Origin: Diplonema japonicum
Taxonomy: Eukaryota > Protista > Euglenozoa: Diplonemea
DNA length: 64,000 nt
Assembly (NCBI GenBank): GCA_964019335.1
Contig: OZ025649.1
Coordinates: 682,001-746,000 of the forward strand
Reading direction: 5' to 3'
This document shows positions 1 through 8,568 of this stretch, one piece after another (position 1 is the first letter of the stretch; each line of letters opens with the position of its first letter). The notes beneath the pieces were generated by a model, which ran no database searches, was not told the DNA's origin, and was given only the letters and a program-made list of their open reading frames with translations. The position numbers and the translations under genes are program-made.

Positions 1-3000
1 ACGTGTGCCAGCTTGATGCCGAAGGCTGTGTTCCAAAGACGTCGCAACTCTCCACTCTGCGGGCACCCTATTACTAAATGCTCTTTGAGCATCACATCCC
101 CCGATAGCGTGGAGGTCAGTGTACAGGCAGTCGATGTGGACCCTTGGCAAGTCGCACCTCGTCAATATTTACAAGCAGCCGGTGGTGCTTATTACAGGCC
201 AGGTTCCGACCCACCTGTAGTGATAGCAGTGTGCGAGGAAAGCCAGGAGGGAAAGGAAGACGTATTTGGGTTGAGCTTTGTTACAGAGTCTGCAAACGGC
301 AGCATCAACCCCAACGACGTGCAGTGCCTGTTGCAGGCCCTGACGTATAGAGCCGCGACGTCACTGGGAAAGGAAGTCATGGTAGTGGACATCACAGCTT
401 CCATGGTTATAAGCACAGCCTACAGCGCTACTGTGTCCGTGCCCGTCGAAGTCGTGCTGCCTTTGGTGGTCATTCCGCCCACAGACTATGTGCTGAGATA
501 CAAGGCCGAGACACCGCGAAGCCCTCTGCAGCTTGTTGCCGGCCCGTCCCTGCCTGGTGCTTATTTGAATCCTTCGCAGCAGCGCAGCTACTCGAATGGC
601 ACTATTGAAGTACGCTTCTGCGAGGGTGTGACAAGCAGCGACATCATCTCCATTGGTGCACCCCTGCAGAGTATGGAAGGCGCTCACCTGTACGACCAGC
701 TTGTTTATGAAATTTCCTACATTCGAGATAAACGACGGTTTGGAAGGCGTAAGTCGTCAGTCTGCGGCACAAAGACAGGGTTTAGGGTGACTTTCGGCGG
801 TGAGGAGGCATGGAACGAGTCTGTAGTGAGGGGTATGTTGCAGACGTTGTCATTCTCGAATGACTCTGAAGTGCCTGCGCGTCCTAGGAGGACGCTTGAG
901 GTGGTATTGAGCGAGTCCCCCAACAGGGACCCCTCACGCCTCCCGTACTTTAGTGCGGTCACATGCGAGGTTAACTTGATTTTTGAGGACGAACCTACGT
1001 TCTGGGTTTTGAGTGACAGAGAGAACTCAGGTGGCGTTCCGTGCCAGGATGCAACGCCGAAGTGCCCTTTCAGAATCTATAGAGGGAACCCTAACCTTGC
1101 CTCTCTTCCTCCTGACCACGCCAGGCACATTCCTCAACAAGCTTTGCTACTGACCTCTGATGCTGTTGTTCAAAACCAGAACTCCCTCACTCACTTCTAT
1201 GGCGGGTACTTCCATGCCATGATCACCCAGGGTTGGTGCCGAGACGATCACATAGGGCTTGAACCGACAGCTGACTTGTATCTTGATGGCAGCAGCCTCA
1301 TGTGGAAGGGCGAGGCTGTGGGCAAGGCTGTGATAACAGATGAATTACAAGCAGTGCCAACAGGCTTGCGCATTGACTTCAACTTAACAAAGCCGCTTGC
1401 TGAAGTGTCGTGTGTGCAAGAGCTTTTAAGAAGAGTTTCTTATACCAGTTCAAAGGTGCGACTTGGTAACAAGATAGTCTCTCTAGAGGTGTATGTGAAC
1501 GACCCCAGCACAGGGCACTCACAACCACTGAGGACTACTATGGGGTTGCGAATTCTGCCGCCGTGTGCAGAAATAAGTCAAAGCTCGCAATATCTTGGAT
1601 ACACTGAAGGCCAGGGCTGGAAGAGGCTTGGAATCTTCGAGTCCTCGACCAACGTGGAGCGCCACGAGGATGCAACAGTCAACTTCTTTGACGGTGGAAC
1701 CATCACTTGCTTCATTGAAGCCAGCACTGCTGACGACCTTCTGGGCCTTGTCCCTTTGCACGGGTCTGAGCTATCTATTCATCTAGACGAGGGGGCAACC
1801 TCCCAACGGCAGGAGATGCTCGTCAAGCTGCGTCCTGACACCATGATCGACGAGGCCAGAATCATAGCCTCTTTCACCGTCCCGCTACCAGGGGAGCCGC
1901 TTGTCATTCACTTGGGCAGCCCGCAGGGGAGATGGTCAGCTACATATGCCTATAACGAGCTCACGACTACTGGGAAGCCGCAAGTTCGGAACAAGGTCTT
2001 AAAAATGCTGCTTGGAATGCTGGCCTACAGGAATGACTCCGACAACCCAACGATCCTGTGCAGGTATGTGGTGGTCACCGTGCAGGACTGGCTGGGGGCC
2101 GAAACCTCGAATGTCATCGAGGTAGACATTACTCCAGTGAACAACCCTACTGAGATTGTGCTTCAGCACCAGAGACTGCTGTACAGACAAGGGACACCTT
2201 CGGTCGAGGGTGGCTTACAGATGTTCCCAGGGGTGGAACTGACTGACGTGGACACTGAAGAGGCAGAACCGGGGGCCATGCTGATAGTAGAGCTGGTGAG
2301 CGGCGATACAGGGCAGGACCGCATCGTGCTGTGCGACAACGAAGAAGTGTCATTCGAGGGCGAGACCGTGTGGGTGGGTGGGGTCAGCGTTGGTATTGCG
2401 AGTTTGAAAAGCAAGACCACCGGCAGAGGCCCTCTCGCTTCAATCACGCTGCACGCAAGTATCAGTTTGCGGGTTTGCGGGTTGATCCTGCGATGTTATT
2501 ACTACGTCAGCGACTCCAAGGTGGTGAAGCAGGGAGTAAGGACGTACGTTGTGAGGTTCAACGCAGGCGACGGTGTGCAGGACTCACGCGCGAAGATTGA
2601 GATCGACGTCACGCAGCCTGTCATTTGGGCACCCACCTTCTCTCTCACCACGAACTACACAGAGCGCGCTGATCCGATCACCCTCAACTCCAAGATCACC
2701 ACTAGCCTGCCGCAATCAATGTATCTCAGCGGTTCTATCCTCACCGTTACTATCATAGTCGGGCACGCACCTGCCGAGGACATTCTCTCATTTTCGAACC
2801 CCCAACTGTTCCTTGTTGAGAAAGGTGTAATTTATGGGAGGGCGCTGGGCAGCAAAGGCATGGTGTTCGGTGAGATGGAGCACTTCCCAAAAGAGGGGCA
2901 GATCCGCATCACCTTCCCAGGCAACTCCCAAGCTATGGCGAAGCACTTGAACGCCTTGTACCGCGCCTTCAAATACGCAAACACCAGTGATGACCCAACC

Positions 3001-4308
3001 CCTGTGGCCCGGAAAATAGAAATGAAGCTGATGTTAGGGGTCGAGGCGCTTGGCACTTCGCTCGGGGCGGATAGACAAGTCAGCTGGCCAGTAACGGGGA
3101 CGGGGTCTGGTGTGGTGACGGTGGAAATGGATGTAGTGGCTATCGACGACAAGACTGTGGTGGACCCCAAGAAGAAGGTGGTGCATGGCGTAGCAGGGCA
3201 GGACGTGTGGTTGTTCGAGAATTGCCACGTTGACGATGTGGACACCCCAATCTTCTATGCACCACACTCATATGTAGAGGTTCTCCTGATTGGGACAGAG
3301 AGGCTCTTCACTGACCACCACGATCTGTGTATATTGCTTCCCCCCGACTCGCATCTCACATATCATACACAGACAGCGACTATTACTTCCTCCAACACCA
3401 CCATTGCGCACGTCGCCACATCATCCGAGGGCCGCGGCATCAAGTTGAAAATCCTTTTGCGTGACTGCCCTCTCCCAGACCTTGTGACAATCATTCGATC
3501 GTTGACGTACAAATGTGTCAAGCCTCCTCCCTTGCCTATCCCTTCTCTGAAGGTGATGAGGTACACAGCCATGATATCGGTACGGGGCGGACCAAGGGTG
3601 GCACCCACCAAGGCAAAGGTCCAGCTACTTGTCGTGCAGAAGCCTCTAGAAATGAGCCCGGGGTTCCAGGACGGTAGTGTCAAATACCTGTACGTGGATG
3701 CTTGGTTTGGACATGCTGTGAACTTCAGCGAACAGGCCTTGTACAACTGTGATGCGAAGCCGACGGGTGCTGTGGTTAGTGTGGGGTTTACCGATAAAAA
3801 GGTAGTAGGAACAGCTGTGGTGATGGATACAAAAAGCAGGAACAGGAGGCATACCATAGCGGAGGGGTTTCCAGAGACAAGGCTGCCGGTGATAGATGAA
3901 GATGTGCTGAGCATCAGGCTAGGCGCGCAGCACATGATCAAGAATGGGTTCATCACGAGAGGAAAGGAAAAGCTCGCACAGGTATCGAAGTACATGGACG
4001 TGACCACGGGCTGCTACGGGATATCGGCTGCTCTGATGAAATCCCAGCGGGCTGCCGCCTTCTTACCCGAGCTGCTTTCAAGCTTCTGGTACGAATCTTC
4101 ATCAAAAGCGCAAACAAGCCCTTATATGGTAACATTGTGCTTGTCGATCGTCCTTTCCTTTGAGGTCGACGGCAAGAAAACCCAATTCAGGATGGCCGAC
4201 CACATCGTCATTGCCGTCCAGCGTAGTTCCGGGGTTTCCCCAAGCAGGGATATTCTGGGCAGTAGGTTCTGCTCCGGCGGTATGAGCCGTCGCTACACAG
4301 ATAGCTAG
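1..4308 (+). CDS. Large repeat protein (>1430 aa, probably 5'-truncated by the window edge) with tandem cadherin-like/adhesin-type beta-rich repeats
   Basis: Frame is open from base 1. Recurring ~125-aa unit ending L..L.Y.N.SD.P...R.I.V.V.D ... V.I..V(N/D)(N/D).T (e.g. LAYRNDSDNPT...DITPVNNPT; FKYANTSDDPT...DVVAIDDKT). Confidence 0.7.
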   Translation, partial: TCASLMPKAVFQRRRNSPLCGHPITKCSLSITSPDSVEVSVQAVDVDPWQVAPRQYLQAAGGAYYRPGSDPPVVIAVCEESQEGKEDVFGLSFVTESANGSINPNDVQCLLQALTYRAATSLGKEVMVVDITASMVISTAYSATVSVPVEVVLPLVVIPPTDYVLRYKAETPRSPLQLVAGPSLPGAYLNPSQQRSYSNGTIEVRFCEGVTSSDIISIGAPLQSMEGAHLYDQLVYEISYIRDKRRFGRRKSSVCGTKTGFRVTFGGEEAWNESVVRGMLQTLSFSNDSEVPARPRRTLEVVLSESPNRDPSRLPYFSAVTCEVNLIFEDEPTFWVLSDRENSGGVPCQDATPKCPFRIYRGNPNLASLPPDHARHIPQQALLLTSDAVVQNQNSLTHFYGGYFHAMITQGWCRDDHIGLEPTADLYLDGSSLMWKGEAVGKAVITDELQAVPTGLRIDFNLTKPLAEVSCVQELLRRVSYTSSKVRLGNKIVSLEVYVNDPSTGHSQPLRTTMGLRILPPCAEISQSSQYLGYTEGQGWKRLGIFESSTNVERHEDATVNFFDGGTITCFIEASTADDLLGLVPLHGSELSIHLDEGATSQRQEMLVKLRPDTMIDEARIIASFTVPLPGEPLVIHLGSPQGRWSATYAYNELTTTGKPQVRNKVLKMLLGMLAYRNDSDNPTILCRYVVVTVQDWLGAETSNVIEVDITPVNNPTEIVLQHQRLLYRQGTPSVEGGLQMFPGVELTDVDTEEAEPGAMLIVELVSGDTGQDRIVLCDNEEVSFEGETVWVGGVSVGIASLKSKTTGRGPLASITLHASISLRVCGLILRCYYYVSDSKVVKQGVRTYVVRFNAGDGVQDSRAKIEIDVTQPVIWAPTFSLTTNYTERADPITLNSKITTSLPQSMYLSGSILTVTIIVGHAPAEDILSFSNPQLFLVEKGVIYGRALGSKGMVFGEMEHFPKEGQIRITFPGNSQAMAKHLNALYRAFKYANTSDDPTPVARKIEMKLMLGVEALGTSLGADRQVSWPVTGTGSGVVTVEMDVVAIDDKTVVDPKKKVVHGVAGQDVWLFENCHVDDVDTPIFYAPHSYVEVLLIGTERLFTDHHDLCILLPPDSHLTYHTQTATITSSNTTIAHVATSSEGRGIKLKILLRDCPLPDLVTIIRSLTYKCVKPPPLPIPSLKVMRYTAMISVRGGPRVAPTKAKVQLLVVQKPLEMSPGFQDGSVKYLYVDAWFGHAVNFSEQALYNCDAKPTGAVVSVGFTDKKVVGTAVVMDTKSRNRRHTIAEGFPETRLPVIDEDVLSIRLGAQHMIKNGFITRGKEKLAQVSKYMDVTTGCYGISAALMKSQRAAAFLPELLSSFWYESSSKAQTSPYMVTLCLSIVLSFEVDGKKTQFRMADHIVIAVQRSSGVSPSRDILGSRFCSGGMSRRYTDS

Positions 4309-4440
4309 GTGATGGGTGATGGGTGATGGGTTCACTTCCGTGTTCACACCAATGATCTGGAATTAGTTTTTGTTCTTCTAGAGACCTGTATTTTCAAGCG
4401 TACTCCCACACAGCACGCATTACAGCGGGGCAAGCCATAC

Positions 4441-5613
4441 ATGTCGTACAGCAACCAGAGGATAGGGCTGGCCGTGGAGTACCTTACGTCTTCTAACCAC
4501 ACTGCAGCAGGATGCGCGTTGCATTTCTTCATGGTGGTGGAACAAGGGCGGAGAGCGGGGGGGAAACCCTCCAAGCGGATGATAGTACTAGTGGACCGCC
4601 CCACGTTCCTGGCAGAGGTGGACACGGCGATCCACAGGTGCGTGACAATGTCGAAGATAGAAACCATGTGCTTGTACGAAGAACACCTGCGGCCCATGAC
4701 GGGGCCCCTTACACAGTACGACGTGCTGCTGCAGGGGTCTGTGATGCTGGATTTCATCAGGACCATTGGGTCCGTCTTCAAACCAAACGATCCAGGTGTG
4801 GATGGCACTTTTTTTAAAAATTTATTTTACTATTTTTTTTTTTTTTTTTTTTTTTTTTTCGGTCGGGCCGTTGCTAACCACTTCGTTCCTATCATAGTGA
4901 ATTTTTTTTTTTTTTCAATCACAGCGAACCCCTGCCCGATGTATGAACTTGAAGAGAACCAGCCCCTTTCAGCGAGGGTGAACTGCAGGATCAGCACGGT
5001 GGCGCTGGATGACAGTTTCTCGCGGACGCAGTCTGAGGAGGTGTTGCGGCGGATTCGCGAGTCGAACTCGCGTGAGGTGTCGTCGCTGAAAGACGCGCTT
5101 CAGAGGCAGAAGGACGAACAACTGCAGGAGCTTGTTGACCTACACACGCAGAACGAACAGCTAAAGCACACTTTAGCACAGACTGAGAACTTGCTGATGG
5201 AGTCGAAGCGGAGCATCAAAGAACTTAATGCCAACCACCAGTCAGGGCACGATCCCCACCAGTCGATTATAACACCAGTTAAACAGTACCAGCCAGCAGG
5301 GCAGGCTCCGCAGAGCCCACTCGAGTACACACCTGGTCACAACCGGTATGCAGTAGGAAGCCCTGGCCCTGTCACAGTCGGTGGTGGTGGTGCGTCAATT
5401 AATATCTACCCTGCCGGCAATGGTCCTAGTGGTTCTAGCATCGAAGTGACGCATCCCCACCGTCCTGGCTACTCCGGGCCTGTGCGCTCTCCTGGATCCG
5501 TCTATGCCTCCCCCCGACCTTCCTCCCCCCGCCCTGGGGACATCCACCCAAGATATGCCTCCCCTCCAGGCAGCAGACCTCCAAGGGATTCCAAACCTTC
5601 TTGGAAGATGTAA
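4441..5613 (+). CDS. Hypothetical protein: N-terminal PH/TH1-like beta domain, coiled coil, Ser/Pro-rich tail; probable in-frame intron 4796-4924
   Basis: The ORF reads through a poly-T segment (poly-Phe) flanked by GT at 4796 and CACAG ending 4924; removal keeps the frame. Heptad region LKDALQRQK...LNAN follows. The domain call is tentative and this could be two genes. Confidence 0.5.
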   Translation: MSYSNQRIGLAVEYLTSSNHTAAGCALHFFMVVEQGRRAGGKPSKRMIVLVDRPTFLAEVDTAIHRCVTMSKIETMCLYEEHLRPMTGPLTQYDVLLQGSVMLDFIRTIGSVFKPNDPGVDGTFFKNLFYYFFFFFFFFFGRAVANHFVPIIVNFFFFSITANPCPMYELEENQPLSARVNCRISTVALDDSFSRTQSEEVLRRIRESNSREVSSLKDALQRQKDEQLQELVDLHTQNEQLKHTLAQTENLLMESKRSIKELNANHQSGHDPHQSIITPVKQYQPAGQAPQSPLEYTPGHNRYAVGSPGPVTVGGGGASINIYPAGNGPSGSSIEVTHPHRPGYSGPVRSPGSVYASPRPSSPRPGDIHPRYASPPGSRPPRDSKPSWKM

Positions 5614-5709
5614 AAAAAAAGAGAAAAAAAAGGCACACTTTTTTTTTTTCTTAATAGGAAGATGTTGCGAACCCTCGCCCTGCACCCTTTCTTTTTTTTG
5701 TTTTTTTTT

Positions 5710-5741
<32 letters not shown>

Positions 5742-6265
5742 TTTCTCTCCCGCTGTACGTATTACTAATTGTTAATTATTTTTTTTTTCTTAAGAAGTAG
5801 CAAAAGGGAAATTCCAAAGAAGCCTGCTTTGTCTCATCTTTTTTTCTGGTTCCCTTCTTTTTTTGTTTTGCTGGCTTTTTTTATTTTTAAAAGAAGGAAG
5901 GGAAAGAAAAAAGAAAAAAAAGAGAAAAGAATGGGCGAAAGAAAAAGAATGAAAAAAAAAGGGTGACTGCACCCTGTTTTTTTGTTTGTAGATGTTTTCT
6001 TATTTTTTTTTATATTTTTTTTTTTCAAAATGAAAACGGGATGAAGCCGCTGGACTATCCAGTGAGCGCGAAAAGAAAGAAAAACACAAAAAAAAGAAAC
6101 CGTTGTCTAAATTATATTTCGTTCCCTTCTGTAGGTGTATCCCTCCCCCCCCCCCCCCCCACCTTCCACTTTACTTGTCTAAAGATATTCCATGTCACAT
6201 CCACTACCCAGACTTTAAATATAAAAAGGAGAGGGGGGGGAAGAAAGAGTGGGAGAACAACGCAA

Positions 6266-7135
6266 ATGGATCCGTATCTAAGAGAGGCCAGCAGGTCACT
6301 GTCGAACACAGACATAGCGTTGGCTAACGCAGTGAAGTATATGAGTGATTTAAAAGTCAGTGGAATGGAGTCACCTGTAAGGTCCCCATTTAGAAGTGTC
6401 TCTGATGGGGTATCAGGAGCACAAATCGTGCGATCTTGTGAGGATGATACAAAGAGACTTTTACAGGAGTCCAGCGCGTTGAAGGCGTTGTTGTCAACTG
6501 GGATCCCAGAACCAGCACCGCACACACCAACCATTATACCTACTTTGATGGCCTCGCGCAACGAGGTCATATCAAAGACCATTGAGAATGCCATGTCAAT
6601 GATGCCCGGGTGGTCCAGGCCCGACCCATGTGGCTCAGACCCCCTTCTTAACGAAGCGCTTCTTGAGGCGCTTTGCGTACGAAACGAAAACGGCATGTGG
6701 ATCCCTGATCAGACTGTAATACACAATCGGCGCACTGCCCTCCGAGAAGCTTGGGAGGAACGCACAATAGAAAACATCAACAAGCTTTGCAAACAGGAAG
6801 TTTCTGCCAGGTTCGAAATCGAGAAAGCATGTGAATACGACTATGGCGGTCTAGAGAGGCTCGAAATGCAGACCAAGTCAGACAGGCTTGATTCCATCCT
6901 TGCCAGCGAAGCAGCACGAGGGAAGCAACGGCCCTTGCACCCGATCCCCTCCAACACCGTCGATACGCAGGACCTTACGAAATGGCTAATCGCCAAAAAG
7001 GGCTGGACGCCATACGATGCGGCTTCGTTCGCCAGCAAGCAGCGAATGGAAACAGACAACCCGCGCCCTCAGTGGGTTCGCATAGAAGAGCCCCTCCCAG
7101 ACGGCACGTGCATCGCCCGTTGGGTGCAACAGTGA
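6266..7135 (+). CDS. Hypothetical protein (MDPYLREAS...)
   Basis: Coding-like composition from the ATG at 6266; the upstream part of the ORF is homopolymer-rich spacer. Confidence 0.65.
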   Translation: MDPYLREASRSLSNTDIALANAVKYMSDLKVSGMESPVRSPFRSVSDGVSGAQIVRSCEDDTKRLLQESSALKALLSTGIPEPAPHTPTIIPTLMASRNEVISKTIENAMSMMPGWSRPDPCGSDPLLNEALLEALCVRNENGMWIPDQTVIHNRRTALREAWEERTIENINKLCKQEVSARFEIEKACEYDYGGLERLEMQTKSDRLDSILASEAARGKQRPLHPIPSNTVDTQDLTKWLIAKKGWTPYDAASFASKQRMETDNPRPQWVRIEEPLPDGTCIARWVQQ

Positions 7136-7359
7136 GGCACCATCATCGCTAGATACAATGTGTCCCCTTCCCACCTTTGTATATAACTTGTTTATTTCTT
7201 TCTTCTTTTTTTTTTTATTGGGAGCGAAAGATCGTGTAACGCTAGACGTATCCCTTCCATTGTTGTTTTCTCTTTTTTTTTTTTGTGAGATCTTGCGGCT
7301 GCTTGAAAGAACAATTCACTCACACTCTCTCCCCCCCCCGCTCAGGTCGCCGTCCCGAA

Positions 7360-8133
7360 ATGAGGAAAGGCACACGCATGAGGAACGTGGGTAGCGAGGC
7401 AGAGAAGAAAAGACTGGCAGACAAGATCGCTGCAGTGGAAAGCCAGATGGGGAAGACATCGGGAGGGTTCGACAGCGGGATCACGGGGTACAAGGCAGGG
7501 ACCAAGACGAAATGCAGCACGGGGGGGAAAGTGTGTGACAGCGCAAGGAAGAAGATCCACTCGGAGGAGGTGATTGTGCGGCGAGCGGATGGTGGAGTGA
7601 AGCTGGAGATCCTTCTAGAGCCTTGGAACGGCGCCCCGCCTGTGATGGTGCGGAGGGTTGTAGGGGCGAACCAAGCAGTGGTTCCTGCACTGCTGCAGAA
7701 CGGTGAAACAGTGGCGGTCCTTGAGGAGCCTGGGTGGCGTCTTAGGCATCAGGAATTCGTGAAGATCAACCGATGGGGGGACGAACCGTGCTCGGGGTAT
7801 ATCCAGAAGATCCACCTGGACTCTGTTTCCATGATTAAGCACAACAAGTCCTGGGTTCACACCAAAGCCAAGCCTGACCTGCTCCCCAACTCCAAGATGC
7901 TCCGTGAGGACATCATCAAGGACACCCGTGGCTACCCCAAACGCGACCTCCGTTGGGAGTGGAACGGCAAGACCCTCTCCTGTCCTGTCCGCCTCACCGA
8001 CGCTCGCGACACGCTCGACGGCCAGGTCATCGCGACACCACCAACTTACACAGATAAACGCCACTCCTCGGACTTGATCGCAGGTTTCCACCCCATGGCG
8101 CCCCCCAAGCAAGTGGTGGTTTGCCCCCGTTAG
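7360..8133 (+). CDS. Hypothetical protein, possible SH3-like central domain
   Basis: GC-rich ORF with strong GC3 bias. The segment LQNGETVAVLEE...FVKI...SGYIQKIHL resembles an SH3 fold pattern. Confidence 0.65.
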   Translation: MRKGTRMRNVGSEAEKKRLADKIAAVESQMGKTSGGFDSGITGYKAGTKTKCSTGGKVCDSARKKIHSEEVIVRRADGGVKLEILLEPWNGAPPVMVRRVVGANQAVVPALLQNGETVAVLEEPGWRLRHQEFVKINRWGDEPCSGYIQKIHLDSVSMIKHNKSWVHTKAKPDLLPNSKMLREDIIKDTRGYPKRDLRWEWNGKTLSCPVRLTDARDTLDGQVIATPPTYTDKRHSSDLIAGFHPMAPPKQVVVCPR

Positions 8134-8261
8134 CATTCTCTACGTTGCAATGATGCCATTCATGTGAACCTTGCAGACCTGACGTGACATGTTTTTTTTT
8201 TTTTCCCCGGTCGGGAGAAGTACTCTCCAACCTGCTGGGACGCTAGTAGGAGCCATTGAAG

Positions 8262-8330
8262 GGTGCCTCTCGCCTGATGAGGACAGCACCTGGAGGAGTC
8301 GCGAGATATGTCCGAAACTGAGAGATACCT
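8262..8330 (+). ncRNA. Structured RNA with a hammerhead ribozyme core (alternative reading: short box C/D RNA)
   Basis: CTGATGA 8274-8280; stem II GGACA 8281-8285/TGTCC 8309-8313; GAAA 8314-8317; stem I TCTCGC 8268-8273/GCGAGA 8301-8306 immediately after GTC 8298-8300; stem III ACT 8317-8319/AGT 8297-8299. Confidence 0.5.
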
Positions 8331-8568
8331 AGTACTCCCTTTTTAGGGCATGCGGCTTTCGTCTCAGGGAGCTTGCATGTTAATTTGAATTTTTTTTTTT
8401 TTTGCATTGTGTTGTACCTTGCCCATTCGCTTCAAACTGTACATGCCTTCGAAGTGAGCGCTTTTCTTCTTTATTTCCTCTTTTCTTGTTTTTTCTTTTC
8501 ACAATACTCTTCTCCGCAACAGCATATCTCAGGGGGCAAAAAGAAGCCAGACGACGACCCCCTGCATC

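Noticed and set aside
4306-4440. Possible stop readthrough joining ORF 13-4308 to ORF 4441-5613 (same frame, TAG then TGA within a GGTGATG x3 repeat)
   Set aside because: Two different stops; TAA, TAG and TGA all terminate conserved genes elsewhere in the window; sharing a frame is a 1-in-3 chance.
8240-8325. Conventional type III hammerhead using GTA at about 8246-8248, or type I using TCTCAG at about 8362-8367
   Set aside because: Type III needs a bulge next to the core in stem I. Type I lacks the UH cleavage dinucleotide (GG follows TCTCAG).
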